Shown piece by piece: positions 11,218-23,158 of a DNA stretch of 64,000 nt. The translations under genes were made by a program, and so were the position numbers. The notes under the pieces were generated by a model. The model was not told where the DNA came from and searched no databases. It worked only from the letters and a program-made list of their open reading frames with translations. The stretch is from Blastocladiella emersonii ATCC 22665 (Eukaryota; Fungi; Blastocladiomycota), in the NCBI GenBank assembly GCA_025594325.1, contig JANHCV010000012.1:1054001-1118000 (forward strand), written 5' to 3'. How positions within the stretch are numbered: position 1 is the stretch's first letter; each line of letters opens with the position of its first letter.

Positions 11218-14200
11218 ATGCCCCCCTCCCCGTCCAAGCCGAAAGGCGGCGGCAGCGGCGGTTCCAGGAAACCCGCCGCGCCGTCGCCGCCGCCAACGTA
11301 CGAGCCGTACGACGACCCCGACGCGATCCCGCTCGGCGACTCGCCGTCCAAGAAGTCGGGCGGCAGTGGCGGCAAGCGCGTCACCATCGCCAAGTCGGCG
11401 CGCCCGAACCCGCGCGCGTCGCCGTCCGTCGGCCGCTCGGGCGCTTCCTCGGGCTCGGAACCCGAGGATGACGACGACGACGAGCCCGAGGATGACGACG
11501 ACGACGAGCCCGAGGAGGAGTGGGCGGCCGACCGCGTCGCGTACGGCGACGAGGACGAGGACGAGGACGACGACGATGCCGACGACGCGCGGCTGACGCG
11601 CACCAACGGCGCCAAAAACGCGGCACGCCCACGCTACGCGGCCATCTCGGACGGCGGCCGGGTGCCGTCGCGCGTGCACTACTACGACGAGCCGACCCCT
11701 TCCTCGTTCGCGCCGTACCGGTGGCTCGCGCGCAAGCTGCCGTGGTGGTGTCCGCCGCGCGCGCTGCTGCTGGTGCTGACGGGCGCGACCATCGTCGCCA
11801 TCGTGCTCTCCCTCACCCTGCGCAAGATCCACAACCGCTACGTCGTCTCGCACTGCGTCCCCGTCGCTCCGCGCAACGCGTCGGCCCCGCCGCGCCGGTT
11901 CCCGGACCTCCCCGAGGGGGTCACCCTGCCGCCCGACCCGTTCGGCGCGGGGCTCGCCACCCAGGCCGCGCTCGACGCGTATATCGCCAAGGAGCACGCG
12001 TACACGGACGGCATGACCGAGACCCTCGCGAGCCTGCGCACCGCGCTTGCTTCCGAGATCTCGGCGCGCTCGCCCGCGGTCCCGCCCGGCGCGCCGCCGC
12101 TGGCGCACTGGCGCCACGCCGACGGCTGGTACTATGCCCTGCGCGATGACCTCGCGGCGTACGTGCGGTCGACGACGCGCGACGGGCTCGCGTCCCCCGA
12201 CGCGTCGGCCACGGGCGTCGGCGGGTACCAGGTCGTGGTGCGACTGCGCACGCTCCTGCGGCTGCGCGAAAAGGACGAGATCCCCGCGATCGGCGTGGTC
12301 GAGGTCAGCCCCGACGGCACCTTCATCGCCGTCTCCGTCGACCGCACCGGCGCCGAGCACTTTGACCTGTACCTGTGGGACGTGGCGCACCAGCGCCGGC
12401 TCGGCACGGGGCTCGCCGTCAAGGACTCGTACTACACGGCGCGGTGGGTGTCCAACACGGTGCTCGTGGCGTCGGTCGTCGACGCCCTGGGCATCCCGCG
12501 CGGCGCCGTCCGCGTCGCCCTCGAGAACCTCACGTCGCTCCCGACCATCACCACCACGCCGCTCTACTGGGAGCCCGCGCCCGAACGCACCCTGCACGTG
12601 TCGGCGACGGCGGACGGGTCGCTGCTCGTCCTGCAGTCCGCCGGCCAGACGTCGCAGCAGGTGCTCGTGGTCCCCGCTGCCGCCGTCGTCGCGGGCGACT
12701 GGGACGGACTCGTCGCGCATGTGGGCGATGCGGAGCCCAACACGTTCACGGATATCGAGCACCACCAGGGGTACCTGTACGTGCGCACCAACGCGGCGTC
12801 GGCGGGCGTCGACCCGGCGACCAGCGACATGGAGGTGGTCCGGATCCCGTACGACGTCACGTACCCGACCAACGTCACCACGGCGATGCTGCAGGCCGCG
12901 CCCGAGCGCACGTGGCCGCGGACGCCCGGGACGACGATTGAGAAGATGGAGGTGTTCGCCCGGTTCCTCGTCCTGTGGGTCCGTGCGGCAGGCGGCCGCC
13001 GCGAGGTACGGTGGCGCTCGCTCGACTGGGGGACATCGTCGGGGGAGTGGCACCGGCTCGCCGACTGGGACGCGCGCCCGTTCTACACGGTGACGCCCGG
13101 GTTCGCCGCCGACATCAACGACCCGAGCTCGCGCGTGTACCGGCGGTTCGACGCCACGGCGCTCAGCTTCACCAACTCGTCGCCCGCGCACCCGCCCGCG
13201 ACCTACGAGCTCGACCTCGTCGCTGGCACCGTGCTCCCCGTCACCCGCACCGAGGTCACGGGGCTCGACGCGGGCGAGTACACGCAGGTCCGCGTCTGGG
13301 CGCACGCGCCGTCGCTTCGCGTTTTTACGGTTCCGCCGCCCGCGGCGTACCTCGCCAACCCGGCCTCGGGCGAGTACATCCCCGTTGACCTCGTCTGGTC
13401 GCGCCGCGCCAACTCCCCCAACACCTTCACCGACCCCGCGTGGCGCCCGCTCCCCGTCCTCGCCACCGCGTACGGCGCGTACGGGAGCATGTCGGACCCG
13501 GGCTACGACGCGGCGCAGACGGCCGCGCTCGACCGCGGGCTCGCCCTCGCCATCGTCCACCCGCGCGGCGACGGGGACCTCGGACCCGCGTGGTACCGCG
13601 CGGGTTCGCGCACCAGCAAGCGCAACACGTTTGCGGACGTGCGCGTGGCGATCGCGGCGCTCCAGGCGGCCCGGATCGCGGAGCCCGGGCGCGTCGCGCT
13701 CCGCGCGCGGTCCGCCGGCGGGCTCGTCGCGGGGGCCGCGGTTGCGGACTCGTTCGCGACGTGCGGGTCTACGACCAAGAAGTGGCCGGGGCTCGCGCTG
13801 ATCGTCGCGCAGGTGCCCTTCGTCGACCTGGTCGCGGACATGGCCGACGTCTCGACCCCGTGGACCGCGTTCGAGTGGGCCGAGTGGGGCGACCCGCGTA
13901 ACCGCACCGAGCTCGCCGCCATGGCCGCGGTCTCGCCGTACGATCTGCTGGGGAGCGGGGACGACCCGTGTTTCGCGACCGTCAACGCCACGGGGATGGC
14001 GGCGGCGCCGATGCCGTGGCCCGCCGTCATGGTCACCACGGGCCGCACCGACGCGCGGGTGCCGTACGCGGAGCCCGTCCGGTGGGTCGCGAAGATGCGG
14101 CACGTCCAGGCGCGCGCGCTCGGTGTCGAGGCGCCGATCGCCGTCGCCGCGGCAGCGGGGGCCGGTTCGGAGGGGGAGCGCAGCGCGGCGCTCAGGAAGC

Positions 14201-14541
14201 GGTACATGGGTCCCGCGCGGCCCACGGCGTGGTCGTCGCCCGCGGGCGTGCGCCTCGCGTCGCGCCCCGCTGGCGATGACGCGGTGCCCGTCGCTGAGGC
14301 CTCGGCGGCGTCGCGCCTGTACCGCCGCTCAGCCGACAACAGCACAACAACCCCGGCCCCAGGCGGCAGCGGCAAGTGCCGCGAGACCGAAGACCTGGTG
14401 CACGACCGGCCCGTCCTCCTGCGCGTGTACGCTGGCGGCCACTTTTCGGGCCAGGACGCGGCGGGCACCGCCGAGTGGATGGCCGTCGCACTCAATGTTT
14501 TAGGGGTGTACGACGCGCCTGTCGAGGAGGCCGAGGAGTAA
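11218..14541 (+). CDS. Oligopeptidase B-like S9A serine peptidase with an N-terminal acidic tail and a single TM anchor
   Basis: S9 N-terminal helix (ALDAYIAKEHAYT) and beta-propeller region. Catalytic ARSAGG (Ser), TGRTDARV (Asp) and GGHF (His). OpdB-type FEWAEWGDP. Hydrophobic ALLLVLTGATIVAIVLSLTL at 11761-11820. Confidence 0.88.
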   Translation: MPPSPSKPKGGGSGGSRKPAAPSPPPTYEPYDDPDAIPLGDSPSKKSGGSGGKRVTIAKSARPNPRASPSVGRSGASSGSEPEDDDDDEPEDDDDDEPEEEWAADRVAYGDEDEDEDDDDADDARLTRTNGAKNAARPRYAAISDGGRVPSRVHYYDEPTPSSFAPYRWLARKLPWWCPPRALLLVLTGATIVAIVLSLTLRKIHNRYVVSHCVPVAPRNASAPPRRFPDLPEGVTLPPDPFGAGLATQAALDAYIAKEHAYTDGMTETLASLRTALASEISARSPAVPPGAPPLAHWRHADGWYYALRDDLAAYVRSTTRDGLASPDASATGVGGYQVVVRLRTLLRLREKDEIPAIGVVEVSPDGTFIAVSVDRTGAEHFDLYLWDVAHQRRLGTGLAVKDSYYTARWVSNTVLVASVVDALGIPRGAVRVALENLTSLPTITTTPLYWEPAPERTLHVSATADGSLLVLQSAGQTSQQVLVVPAAAVVAGDWDGLVAHVGDAEPNTFTDIEHHQGYLYVRTNAASAGVDPATSDMEVVRIPYDVTYPTNVTTAMLQAAPERTWPRTPGTTIEKMEVFARFLVLWVRAAGGRREVRWRSLDWGTSSGEWHRLADWDARPFYTVTPGFAADINDPSSRVYRRFDATALSFTNSSPAHPPATYELDLVAGTVLPVTRTEVTGLDAGEYTQVRVWAHAPSLRVFTVPPPAAYLANPASGEYIPVDLVWSRRANSPNTFTDPAWRPLPVLATAYGAYGSMSDPGYDAAQTAALDRGLALAIVHPRGDGDLGPAWYRAGSRTSKRNTFADVRVAIAALQAARIAEPGRVALRARSAGGLVAGAAVADSFATCGSTTKKWPGLALIVAQVPFVDLVADMADVSTPWTAFEWAEWGDPRNRTELAAMAAVSPYDLLGSGDDPCFATVNATGMAAAPMPWPAVMVTTGRTDARVPYAEPVRWVAKMRHVQARALGVEAPIAVAAAAGAGSEGERSAALRKRYMGPARPTAWSSPAGVRLASRPAGDDAVPVAEASAASRLYRRSADNSTTTPAPGGSGKCRETEDLVHDRPVLLRVYAGGHFSGQDAAGTAEWMAVALNVLGVYDAPVEEAEE
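11461..11520 (+). repeat. 24-bp coding tandem repeat (PEDDDDDE x2.5)
   Basis: CCCGAGGATGACGACGACGACGAG occurs twice, then CCCGAGGAGGAG. Confidence 0.9.
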
Positions 14542-14574
14542 TGAACGGGTTGAATATATGAATGGATCGGTCGA

Positions 14575-16025
14575 TCAGTCCCAGTACAGCGTCCCGCCTC
14601 GTACTTCGAGGTCCGCGAACCCCGCTTCCTCGTCATCGAGCGCGCGCGTCCGGATCCCGTCGCGCACGCGGAACCGCGGGCCACCACCTCCTTGGGTGTC
14701 GCTCGCGGCGCGGCCCGGCCGGACCGATCCCCGCGAAGCGCCAGCTTGCGGCGTCGGCAGGTACCCGTGCGCGGCGAGATACCGCGCCAGCGCCGCGGGC
14801 GTGTCGCGCGCGTCGCACCGGACCACGGCCGCGCCGCCGTCGCGCGTGCGCACGTGGAACGTCACGGCGTCGCACGTCGTCGCGGGGGCCAGGTCGAGGT
14901 GCGGCAGCGAGGCGTACGCGGAGGCGGTGATGGTCGAGGCGGGAGCGGGTGGAGGTGCGGGTGGGGCGCAGGCGCCGAGCGGGAGGGTCGAGCGGTCGAT
15001 GACCCTGAGCGGGACTACACACCAGCGCGGATCAGCGAAGTCGGCGGGCGAGGTGAGCGAGCGACGACGTACCGCCCGCGGGGTACCTGGCCTTGAGCGC
15101 CTCGGGCGCGTACCCGTCGTTGAGATCGCGCAGCAGCTGCATCGCGTCGGGCGAGCCGAACGGGAGGTCAGTGCCCGCGAGCGATAGGCCGGTGCGGTAC
15201 ACGACGAGGTCGACGGGGTCGGGGCGCTACACCCACGGGCTGTCAGTAACACCCTCTCAGAGCGACGGATTGGGGCGTATGCACCTGTAACCGGTGCGCC
15301 CCATCGCGCCCCGCGACCACCGCGCTGTCCTGGTCGGGCGCGTACGAGTTGAGCGTCGCGACCTGCGCGCGGAGCAGGGCGACGTCCGGGACGAGCGATG
15401 CGGGCCAGCTGTTAGTCGGCGGTGGGGTTGAGGTGGCCGAGTGCAGCGCCGCCAGCGCGTCCTCGAGCTCGGCGATCCGCGCCGCCATGCTCGCGACGAG
15501 CGACGTCGGCGAGTTGACGCCTACGTTCATGGGAGCGGTGAGATCGTGGCGCAATAACAACACGATCAAAGTACCGTCGAGAAGTCCCGAATCCGACTCG
15601 CGGCTCGGCGCGAGCGCGCGCAGACTCTCAGCAGACGACGCCGGTCTGGAGTCGATCGCCGCCGCGCTGCTCGCGCGCGTCAACGGCCGCTTCCCCCCGA
15701 CCCCACGCGACGGCGGCCGCGGGTCAGTTGGCGGGATAGGGAGCGCGTGGATGGGTTCGAGCCGGACGAGTGCGGGCGGGAGCGTGGGAAAGTACGACGG
15801 CGCCCTTCTCGCTTGCGGCGGACCCGGCGGTGCGGGCGCGGGTCGCAGTGAGCGGCGGTGCAGAAGCATCACATCCTGCGCTCCCGGCAACGGTGGTGGC
15901 GGAGATGTGATCCGCGGGGCGTCGGACAAAACGGGCGAGCCGAGGTCCGCCACGGTGCGCGGAATCAGCGGGATCGGCAGCGCGGCGGCGCGCGGGGTGC
16001 GCTTCGCATGCAGCGCGGATGACAT
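14575..16025 (-). CDS. SEP + UBX-like domain protein (UBXN11/Socius-like p97 cofactor); 4 exons, 427 codons
   Basis: Exons 16025-15575, 15520-15285, 15226-15073 and 15014-14575 sum to 1281 nt. A coiled coil (MAARIAELEDALAAL) is followed by a SEP-like DLVVYRTGL...LLRDLNDGYAPEALKARYPAGVPLRVIDR and a C-terminal ubiquitin-like segment. Confidence 0.72.
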
Positions 16026-16247
16026 TGAGGTTACGTCTAAGTCTATGGTGAAGGGGAGAGGAGGTGAGGCGCGTCGCGGGGCAAAGTGAGCTGTCTCGAG
16101 GCGGGTGCGAGACGCGTTTCAAGCGCGACGCGTCTCCGCTGCGCGAAACGTGACCGCCGACGCGTGCCGATCCCACACGTCTCTCCTCTCCGCTTCCCCT
16201 CCCTCTCTTCTCCCCTCACCTCAACGTCAATGTAACCCCAAACAGCC
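16026..16247. promoter_or_regulatory. 222-bp bidirectional promoter
   Basis: Head-to-head ATGs. Inverted repeat GAGACGCGT...ACGCGTCTC at 16109-16136 and CGAAACGTGACCGCC at 16144. Confidence 0.5.
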
Positions 16248-19200
16248 ATGCCAACCGCAACACAACGAGCCACTGGCGCCGACCGGCGCGGGAACAGCCT
16301 GCCGGTCCCCGCGGCTGCCGCCAACTCCACGGCGGCGCGGTCCGCGACCAACCTCGCCGCGTCGGGCAGCCTGCCGCACCACGCCGCCGCGGGCTTCGTC
16401 CTGCCAGAGTCGCAAAAGGCGCAGCTCGCGCTCTGGCTCGACGCCGCGCACGTCACGGGCCGCGCCATGGTCCAGCGCGGCGGCGGGACCCCCGCGACGC
16501 CCACCGCCGCCGCTGCTGCTGCCGGTAGCGGGGTCTCGAAGCCGGGTACCGCGCTCCCCGACGGGAGCGGCGGGACCGCCAAGATCCGCGTCCAGTTCAA
16601 CCTGCCGGGCGCCACTGATGAAGAGGACGGCGGCGCGAGTCTCGCGGCGTCGGGCACCTGGGCGTCGGGTGGCGGTGCGAGCGACTCGGACAGCGCCGTC
16701 AACTGGGACGCGGCGTACCTTTCGTCGCCCGACAGCCCCGACACGGCGCTCGAGGCCGGGATCGTGCACGCGGCCGTGCACCTCGTCGCGCGCATGACGC
16801 CGAGCGCCGAGCCCAGCGTCCGCACCCAGTGCGTCAGCCTGCTGCTGCGCCTCGCCGAGCTGCTCGCCGCCGCGCCGATCGCGGACGCGGATCTCGAGCC
16901 GCTCAAGGCCAAACTCGTCATGGAGGTCCAGTCGCCCGACCCGCGCGCCGCCGTCGACCTGTTGCTCGGCGCGATTGGGAAACACTGGGCCCTGCTCGCC
17001 GTCGCCATGGTCTCCGGGCTCGCCACCTTCCTCACCCACCGCGAGTCCGCCGTCCGCGCCGTCTGCGCTACCGCCCTCGCGCAGCTCCTCACGCTGCACC
17101 AGATGCGGTTCGAGGACGCCGACCGGATCGCGGTCGTCTGGGACCTCTACTTTGCCCTTACCGCGTCGTCGGCCGCGGCGGCGTCCGCGTTCACGGCGCG
17201 CGATGGGGGTGGTGGCGCCGGCGGGAGCGGCGGGCCCGCGGGTATCGCGTTCACGGACCGCAGCGACCGCCACGTCCTCATCTCGGCGCTCGGCGCGCTC
17301 GCGCCGCTGTACGAGGGTAACTCCGAGCTCGTTGCGCGGATCGTGGATGGGCTCTTGCGGCTTGATATCAAGGTACGTTCCCCGCTCGCCTCGCGCTCCA
17401 CACAGCCAACTCACGAACCCGACCGACCCGTAGACCAAGCTCGAGCGGCAAAAGATCCAGGACACGCTGCTCCTCCTGAAGGACAAGCTCGACATGGGCG
17501 CGGCGCTCGTCGAGCAGGTGCGGCCCGAGGACGACGACGGGCTCGACCTCGTGTGGTGGGGCGCGCAGTCGCTCGCTCCCGCCGCCCCGTTCCCCGCGCT
17601 CCTCGACGTGTACCTGACGTCCCCTCAATTCGCCGTCCGGTTCGGGTGCGCGCTGCTCCTCGACTCGTACTGCCACAGCCACCCGGACCGGCTCATCGCG
17701 TACGCGGCGGCCCTGACGCTCGGGTACTATGACCGGTGCGTCACGGTCGCGCTCGTGTACCGGTCCCTGTTCGCGTCGCTGGGCACCTCGCCCAAAGCGC
17801 TCGCCGAGGCGCCCGCGGCCATCTGCCCCGTCGACCTCATGGAGCGCGTGGCGACGTCGCTCGACTACCTGCCGCTGCACGACCGCAAACCGGTCCTCGC
17901 GTTCCTCGACCTGTGGGCGCCGCGCATGCCGTTCAACCAGCTCGTCTACCAGTCGCTGCTGTCGTGCCTGCAGACGCCGCTTCGGTCGGCCGCGCTCGGC
18001 ACGCTCGCCAAGATGGCCGCCGCCATCACGGGCTCGAGCCCGCACCAGATCCAGCTCCTGTGGCGGCACATTGGCCGGCTGCCGTCGTCGGCGCTCGGCG
18101 CGCCACATACCGTGTTCCCGTCCCTCGCCCCGCACTTTCGCCAGTTCCCCGACTTCTACGCCACGCTGTTCGATCGGATTCTGCACGGCACGCCCAGCGC
18201 GCGCATCGCCATTTACGCGTTTCTCGGGGATATGGCGGGCCCCGCGGGGTCCGCCGCCGACAAGGCGCAGGCCGTCGGGCTCCTGGCGCTCGCGCTCGGC
18301 GACATGGACCGGGCCGCCATGACGCGCGCCGTCGATGCGCTGCAGACGCACCGTCCCGCGCTCGGCGCGATCCTCGGCCGGCTCAAGGACGCACACTCCG
18401 CGCGCGATCGCGACGCGTTCAGCCGCCTCGTCGCGGTCTGGGACGAGCTGGCCACCAGCGTGGCCGACGCGGCGCTCGTCGGCGACTGGGCGTTCCGCGA
18501 CGCCGCCATGGACGCGGTCTGGGAGTACTACCTCGCGGGACAGCCCGACCACGCCGCGGCGCCGTCGCCCGACGAGTACGAGTTTGCGCGCGCGCTCGAG
18601 TTCCACTGCCCGTGCTGGCTCGGGCTGCTCCTGCACCGGCTCGCGGTCGCGCCGCCGCCGATCCCAAGGTCCGATAAGCGCGGGACGGTCCCGACGCTCC
18701 TCACGCTGCGCCGCCGGTTCCACGCCGGGTACATGCTGACGATGGTCCCGCTCGCCGGGTTCCCGGACGCGGCGGTGCGGCGCGGCGCGTGCGCCGCGCT
18801 CGTCGCGTGCTGCTTCTCCGGGGTGCTCGTCGTCAACGCGACCGCGAAAGCGCTCATCGAGTACATGACGGGCGTGCTGGCCAACCACAAGACGTGGTCG
18901 TACGTGTGCAGCGCGCTCGACATGGCCGGGATGCTGCTGCGGACCAAGGTCCCGCACGTCGCGCAGTTTCTCGTGCACCACTTCCTCGGGACCGCGCTCG
19001 ACTGGGCCGTCAACAACCCGCACGTCACGGTGCGGAAAGCCGCGCTCGACCTCGTCGCCGTGTGCTGCGCCGTGTTCCCGCAGGGCACCAACACCAAGCT
19101 CGCCGAGGTGCGCGACGCGGTGCGCCAGTGCTGCATGGACCGCGACGCCGAGATCGCGCTCGCCGGCGCCAAGGTGTGGTCTTGCATCTTCCGCATCCTG

Positions 19201-21813
19201 TCCGAGTCGAACGCGCCCGATTTCGTCGCGTACGTCAAGGCCGAGTTCGCCACGCTCCAGGCGCGCAACCCCGCGCACATCGCGGCCGACCCGCTCCTCC
19301 AGCACCTCAGCCACGAGGAGCGCAAGCGGCTCGTCGCGCTGCACCTCGAGGCCGTCGGCATGGTCCGCCACCCGCCGCTCGCGCCGTCCATTGTCCAGCT
19401 GTGCATGAGCATGCTCGCCAACCCGAGCACCGCGTACCGCCAGCGCGCCCTCCTCTCGATCCTGTCGCAGTACGGCGTCCTCAAGGAGGTCGACCGCCAC
19501 GTCGCCGGGTGGGCGTGTCTCCCGCTCGCCGCTGACCGCGCGCCGTCCGTGTGTCTGATCATGGACGCCTTCTTCCGCGGCAACTACGCGGCGCCCGGCG
19601 GCGCCGGCGTCACGCGGTGGTTCGGCGACGTCCAGGGCGGCGTGATGCCGCACCCCGACGACGCGACGGCGCTCGCCATGGCGACGCTCGACGAGGTGCT
19701 CGAGGACCGCAACGTCATGTCGATCGCGCAGCAGAACCGGATCACGGCGACCGGGATCAGCAACGACAGCGAGACGGCGTCGTTCCTCGAGTCCATCATG
19801 GCGAACGTCAACACGTCCGCGGCGCGCGTCGCGCACGCCGACCGGCTCATGCAGCTCGCGGAGCGCGTCCCCGTGCTCGCGGGCTGGGTGCCTGACTCGG
19901 CCGTCGCGCAGGTCATGTACCACCTCGAGCGCGAGACCGAGAACCCGCACCTCGTCGACGGCGCGCTCGTCGTGCTCGCCGAGTTCTGCTGCATGCACGA
20001 ATCGACGCTCGCCCACGTCGCCAGTTTGCTGCTGCGCCACGTCATGGACATGCGCGGCGTCGCCATGGACGCCATGTTCCGGATCGCCGAGCACTCGTCG
20101 GGCGCGTTCCGCCACGTCCTGCATCTCCTGCTGGGGACAATGGCGGCGTCGGCCGACCTCGACCCGGGCATCCTCATGTGCCTGCGCCGCCTCGAGACGT
20201 TCCTGTTCGAGGTGACCCCCGAGAAGGTCCACGGGCTGCTGACGATGCTGATCCCGGCCATCACGGCGCCGCGGCACCCGCTCGACACGCGGGTCCTGGT
20301 CGCCGAGCTCGTGGCCGACCTGCTGACGGAGCCCGCGCACGCGCACGACCCGGACCGCGCGCCCATGATCACGGCCTTCTTCGATGCCATGTACACGCTG
20401 CTCTCGAAAGAAGACGCCATGGCCAGCGTGTACGCGATCCTGCGCCGTGTCACGGCGCTGTTCCGGCCGCCGGCCTTCGCCCACCCGCTGTTCACGCACG
20501 TCCAGGAAAAGTGCCTCGCGCTGATCCAGGACGGCAACGAGGCCGCGCGGCTCGAGGCCGTCGACATGATCTCGTGCGCGTTCCTACCCGAAGACGACCT
20601 CGCTGTCTGCACGCTGCTGCTCCTCGCTGACGAGTCGCCGGCCGTCGTCGCCAAGACTTTGAGCGTGTTGCAACCCGACCCGCCCGGGCTTGCCGAGCAG
20701 ATGCGCGTGCAGCGCCCGGACCTCATCTCGCGCGTCGTCCAGCTCGTCTTCGACCCGCTGCAGGCGGGCAGCGGGGGTGGGCGCCGTCGCGAGCGGATCG
20801 TGCATGGGTTTGCGATCCTGGGCAAGCTGTTCCGCGCGGCCGACGGCGACGCGGCCGAGCCGTTCCAGGCGCTCCTCGTCCAGTACCTCGAGGTGTGCGC
20901 GGCCAACGCCACGCGTCTCCGCGCGCTCCTGTTCCAGGAAATCGCCAAATCCGCGCTCGCTCTCGACGAGTACTCGAGCATCCCGCTCGCCCAGGCCGTT
21001 GAGCTCGGGTACGTCAACACGCCCGCACCGGCTGCACCCACCGCGCCGACGGAAACGAACCTCGCCCCGCCCACCGAGTCCGCGGACTCGACAGCGCAAC
21101 AGCCGACGGGTCCGCCGCCGCCGCCCGCCATGACCATCGTCAACGCGGTCAACGAGAGCCGGCTCGAGCCCATGGAGGCGAAAAGGCTCGCGCTGACGGG
21201 CGGGCTCGCGGACCGCCAGGCCGAGCTCAACTACTGGGTGCAGGCGCAGATCCAGCTGCTGGCCATGCTCGGCGCCGCGAAACGGCCCGTCGACGCCGCC
21301 GCCGTCCTGCTCCCGCACCTCCACGACGAGCACCGCGGGGTCCGCGCCGCCGCCGTCGCCGCGCTCCTCCGCATCGAGCTCGACGACGAGACCGCCGCCG
21401 CGCTGCTCGCGGATACGCTCGAGTCCCTGCAGCGCGACGAGAGCGCCGGCGTCAGCCAGACGCCGAGTGTTGGCGCTGAATCCGGTGGGCGCCTGTTCCA
21501 CCGCAAGCTCGACCTCATGCGGCTCGCGGTCGGGCTCCAGTGCAAGCTCGGCGACGGCGGCGGCGAGTCCCGCGGCGCGGTCCTCGCGCTCCTCATCCGC
21601 GCGTGGCGCGACCCGATCCGCGCGGTCCGGGTCGCCGCGATCGCGCTCGTCCGCCACCTCGGAGTGCGCGGGGACGCGGACCCGTCGACGCTCGTCGAGG
21701 CGATGGGCGCGCTCGTGTCCCGCGACGATTACCCCGAGCGCGCGCCACTCAATGCACTCCTCACGTGGGTCGTGTTGCGCGCGGGAGGCGGGGCGGCGAG
21801 TGGCAAGGAGTGA
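16248..21813 (+). CDS. Large HEAT/ARM-repeat protein, about 1834 aa, 2 exons
   Basis: The 61-bp intron 17373-17433 (GTACGT...TAG) joins DIK|TKLERQK in frame. Repeated amphipathic helices with HEAT-like motifs (HRESAVRAVCATAL, NPHVTVRKAALDL, DEHRGVRAAAVAAL, DPIRAVRVAAIAL). Confidence 0.85.
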
Positions 21814-22329
21814 TCTGGAGGTGACTGGGACGGAATGTATGACCTTGTTTTGAACGAAAGCGGGGACGAGCGACGGGGCCGGTTGGCGCGGTGCGGGTGA
21901 GGCACTCGACGAGTGAATCTGCGAGACGTGAGCCACGGCGCTTGTTCGCGGGCCGGACAAGGCCGCGAGAGGAGACGCGTTGCGAAATCACGTGTTTCGT
22001 GCGAGACATTGACCCGTCTCCGCTCTGGAGATCGCTTTTGGATGCGATCCCATGCACTGAGACTCGAATGCAATCAGTAACTCCATGAATATCACAGCAG
22101 CTGACCTCGAGATCCCCGTGTCGGAGCTTCCGCTGCACTACGGCCTGCTCGCCGTGGGCTGCGCCATCTGCCTGCTCGCCATGGCCGTCAGCACGGCGGA
22201 AATCTTTGGCCAGGTCCGAAGGCGATACGTCTCTGTACTGGACGGGCGGCCGCCCGAGTTCGACCACGTCCCGTTCGTCATGCTCTTCTGCTCGTGCGCT
22301 GTCGCGGCATCGCAAAACCTGCAGCACCG

Positions 22330-22505
22330 CTCTGGCCCGGATCTGAGCCAGACTGCGCTTCTGGGCCGGATCTGGCTCAGACGCGGGCGGCGGGGTGGGC
22401 GCGCGCGGAGGGGCTCGGGTGTCGGGGCGGGATCCGGCCCAGATGAGCCGTCTGGCTCAGATCCGGGCCAGATCTGGTTGCCGGGCCCAGATCCGGCCCA
22501 GACGG
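22330..22505. repeat. Left subterminal repeat array (GGATCTGG/CCAGATCC motifs)
   Basis: Many CCGGATCTG / CAGATCCGG units in both orientations. Confidence 0.85.
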
Positions 22506-23158
22506 GGGACTTGGCCGCGGGCTGCAGCTGCCATGGCCTCGAGCCGCGGCGGCGGGACGGTGGGACGCGGTGTCAAGTATCAAATGCATGTATTGATTGC
22601 TATGGGTCGATCCGCGGGGCGAGGGCGAGCGAGAGTAGTCGCTGCGCAACGTGGTCGCGATGCCCGCCGCGGGCGACGCCATACCCGCCCACCAGGGACA
22701 GGTGGAAAGCGTGGGGACGCGGCAGCAGCAGCGACCACTGCGGCGGTGGCGGCCACCGTGCGTAGCGGTGGCTGCTGAGCTGATGCGATGGCCGCGAGTC
22801 GGCCCGGCCACACGGCCGCGGCGGTAGCACGGTCCGCGGCGGCGGCAGCGCGAGGTCCGGCGCGCGAGGACGGCGGCGACTTGACCCGCACCGGGTCTTG
22901 AGCGAGGTGGCGCGTGTCGGAACGATCCGGCGGCGACGGCTTCACCGCCACCGTCTTCTGCGCGGCGGGCCCAAGACGCGCGCGCGAGAGATCTCGACGA
23001 ACGCCAAGGCGCGGCGAGCCGCCGAGGCACGGTCGCGCGCGGCGGCACGCTTGTCGGGCGGCTCAGCGCTGTCGATGATGCCCGTCGACCCGCGAAAACG
23101 AGTAGGCGGAGTGCGGGCCATAGGTCGCGGCGCGCGCAGCCAATGCGACCGCCGCCAC

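Noticed and set aside
11083-14103. 1006-aa minus-strand ORF, and similar long antisense or alternate-frame ORFs (9079-10959, 17368-20499, 19584-21230, 55866-56972)
   Set aside because: These are shadow ORFs of GC3-rich real genes. They are Arg/Gly/Ala-rich with no motifs, and stop codons are rare at this GC content.
22305-22307. Alternative CCC-type termini for the Plavaka-like element
   Set aside because: This needs two mismatches at the left end and leaves no TSD. The CATCG/GG model gives a perfect TIR, a TSD and in-frame restoration.
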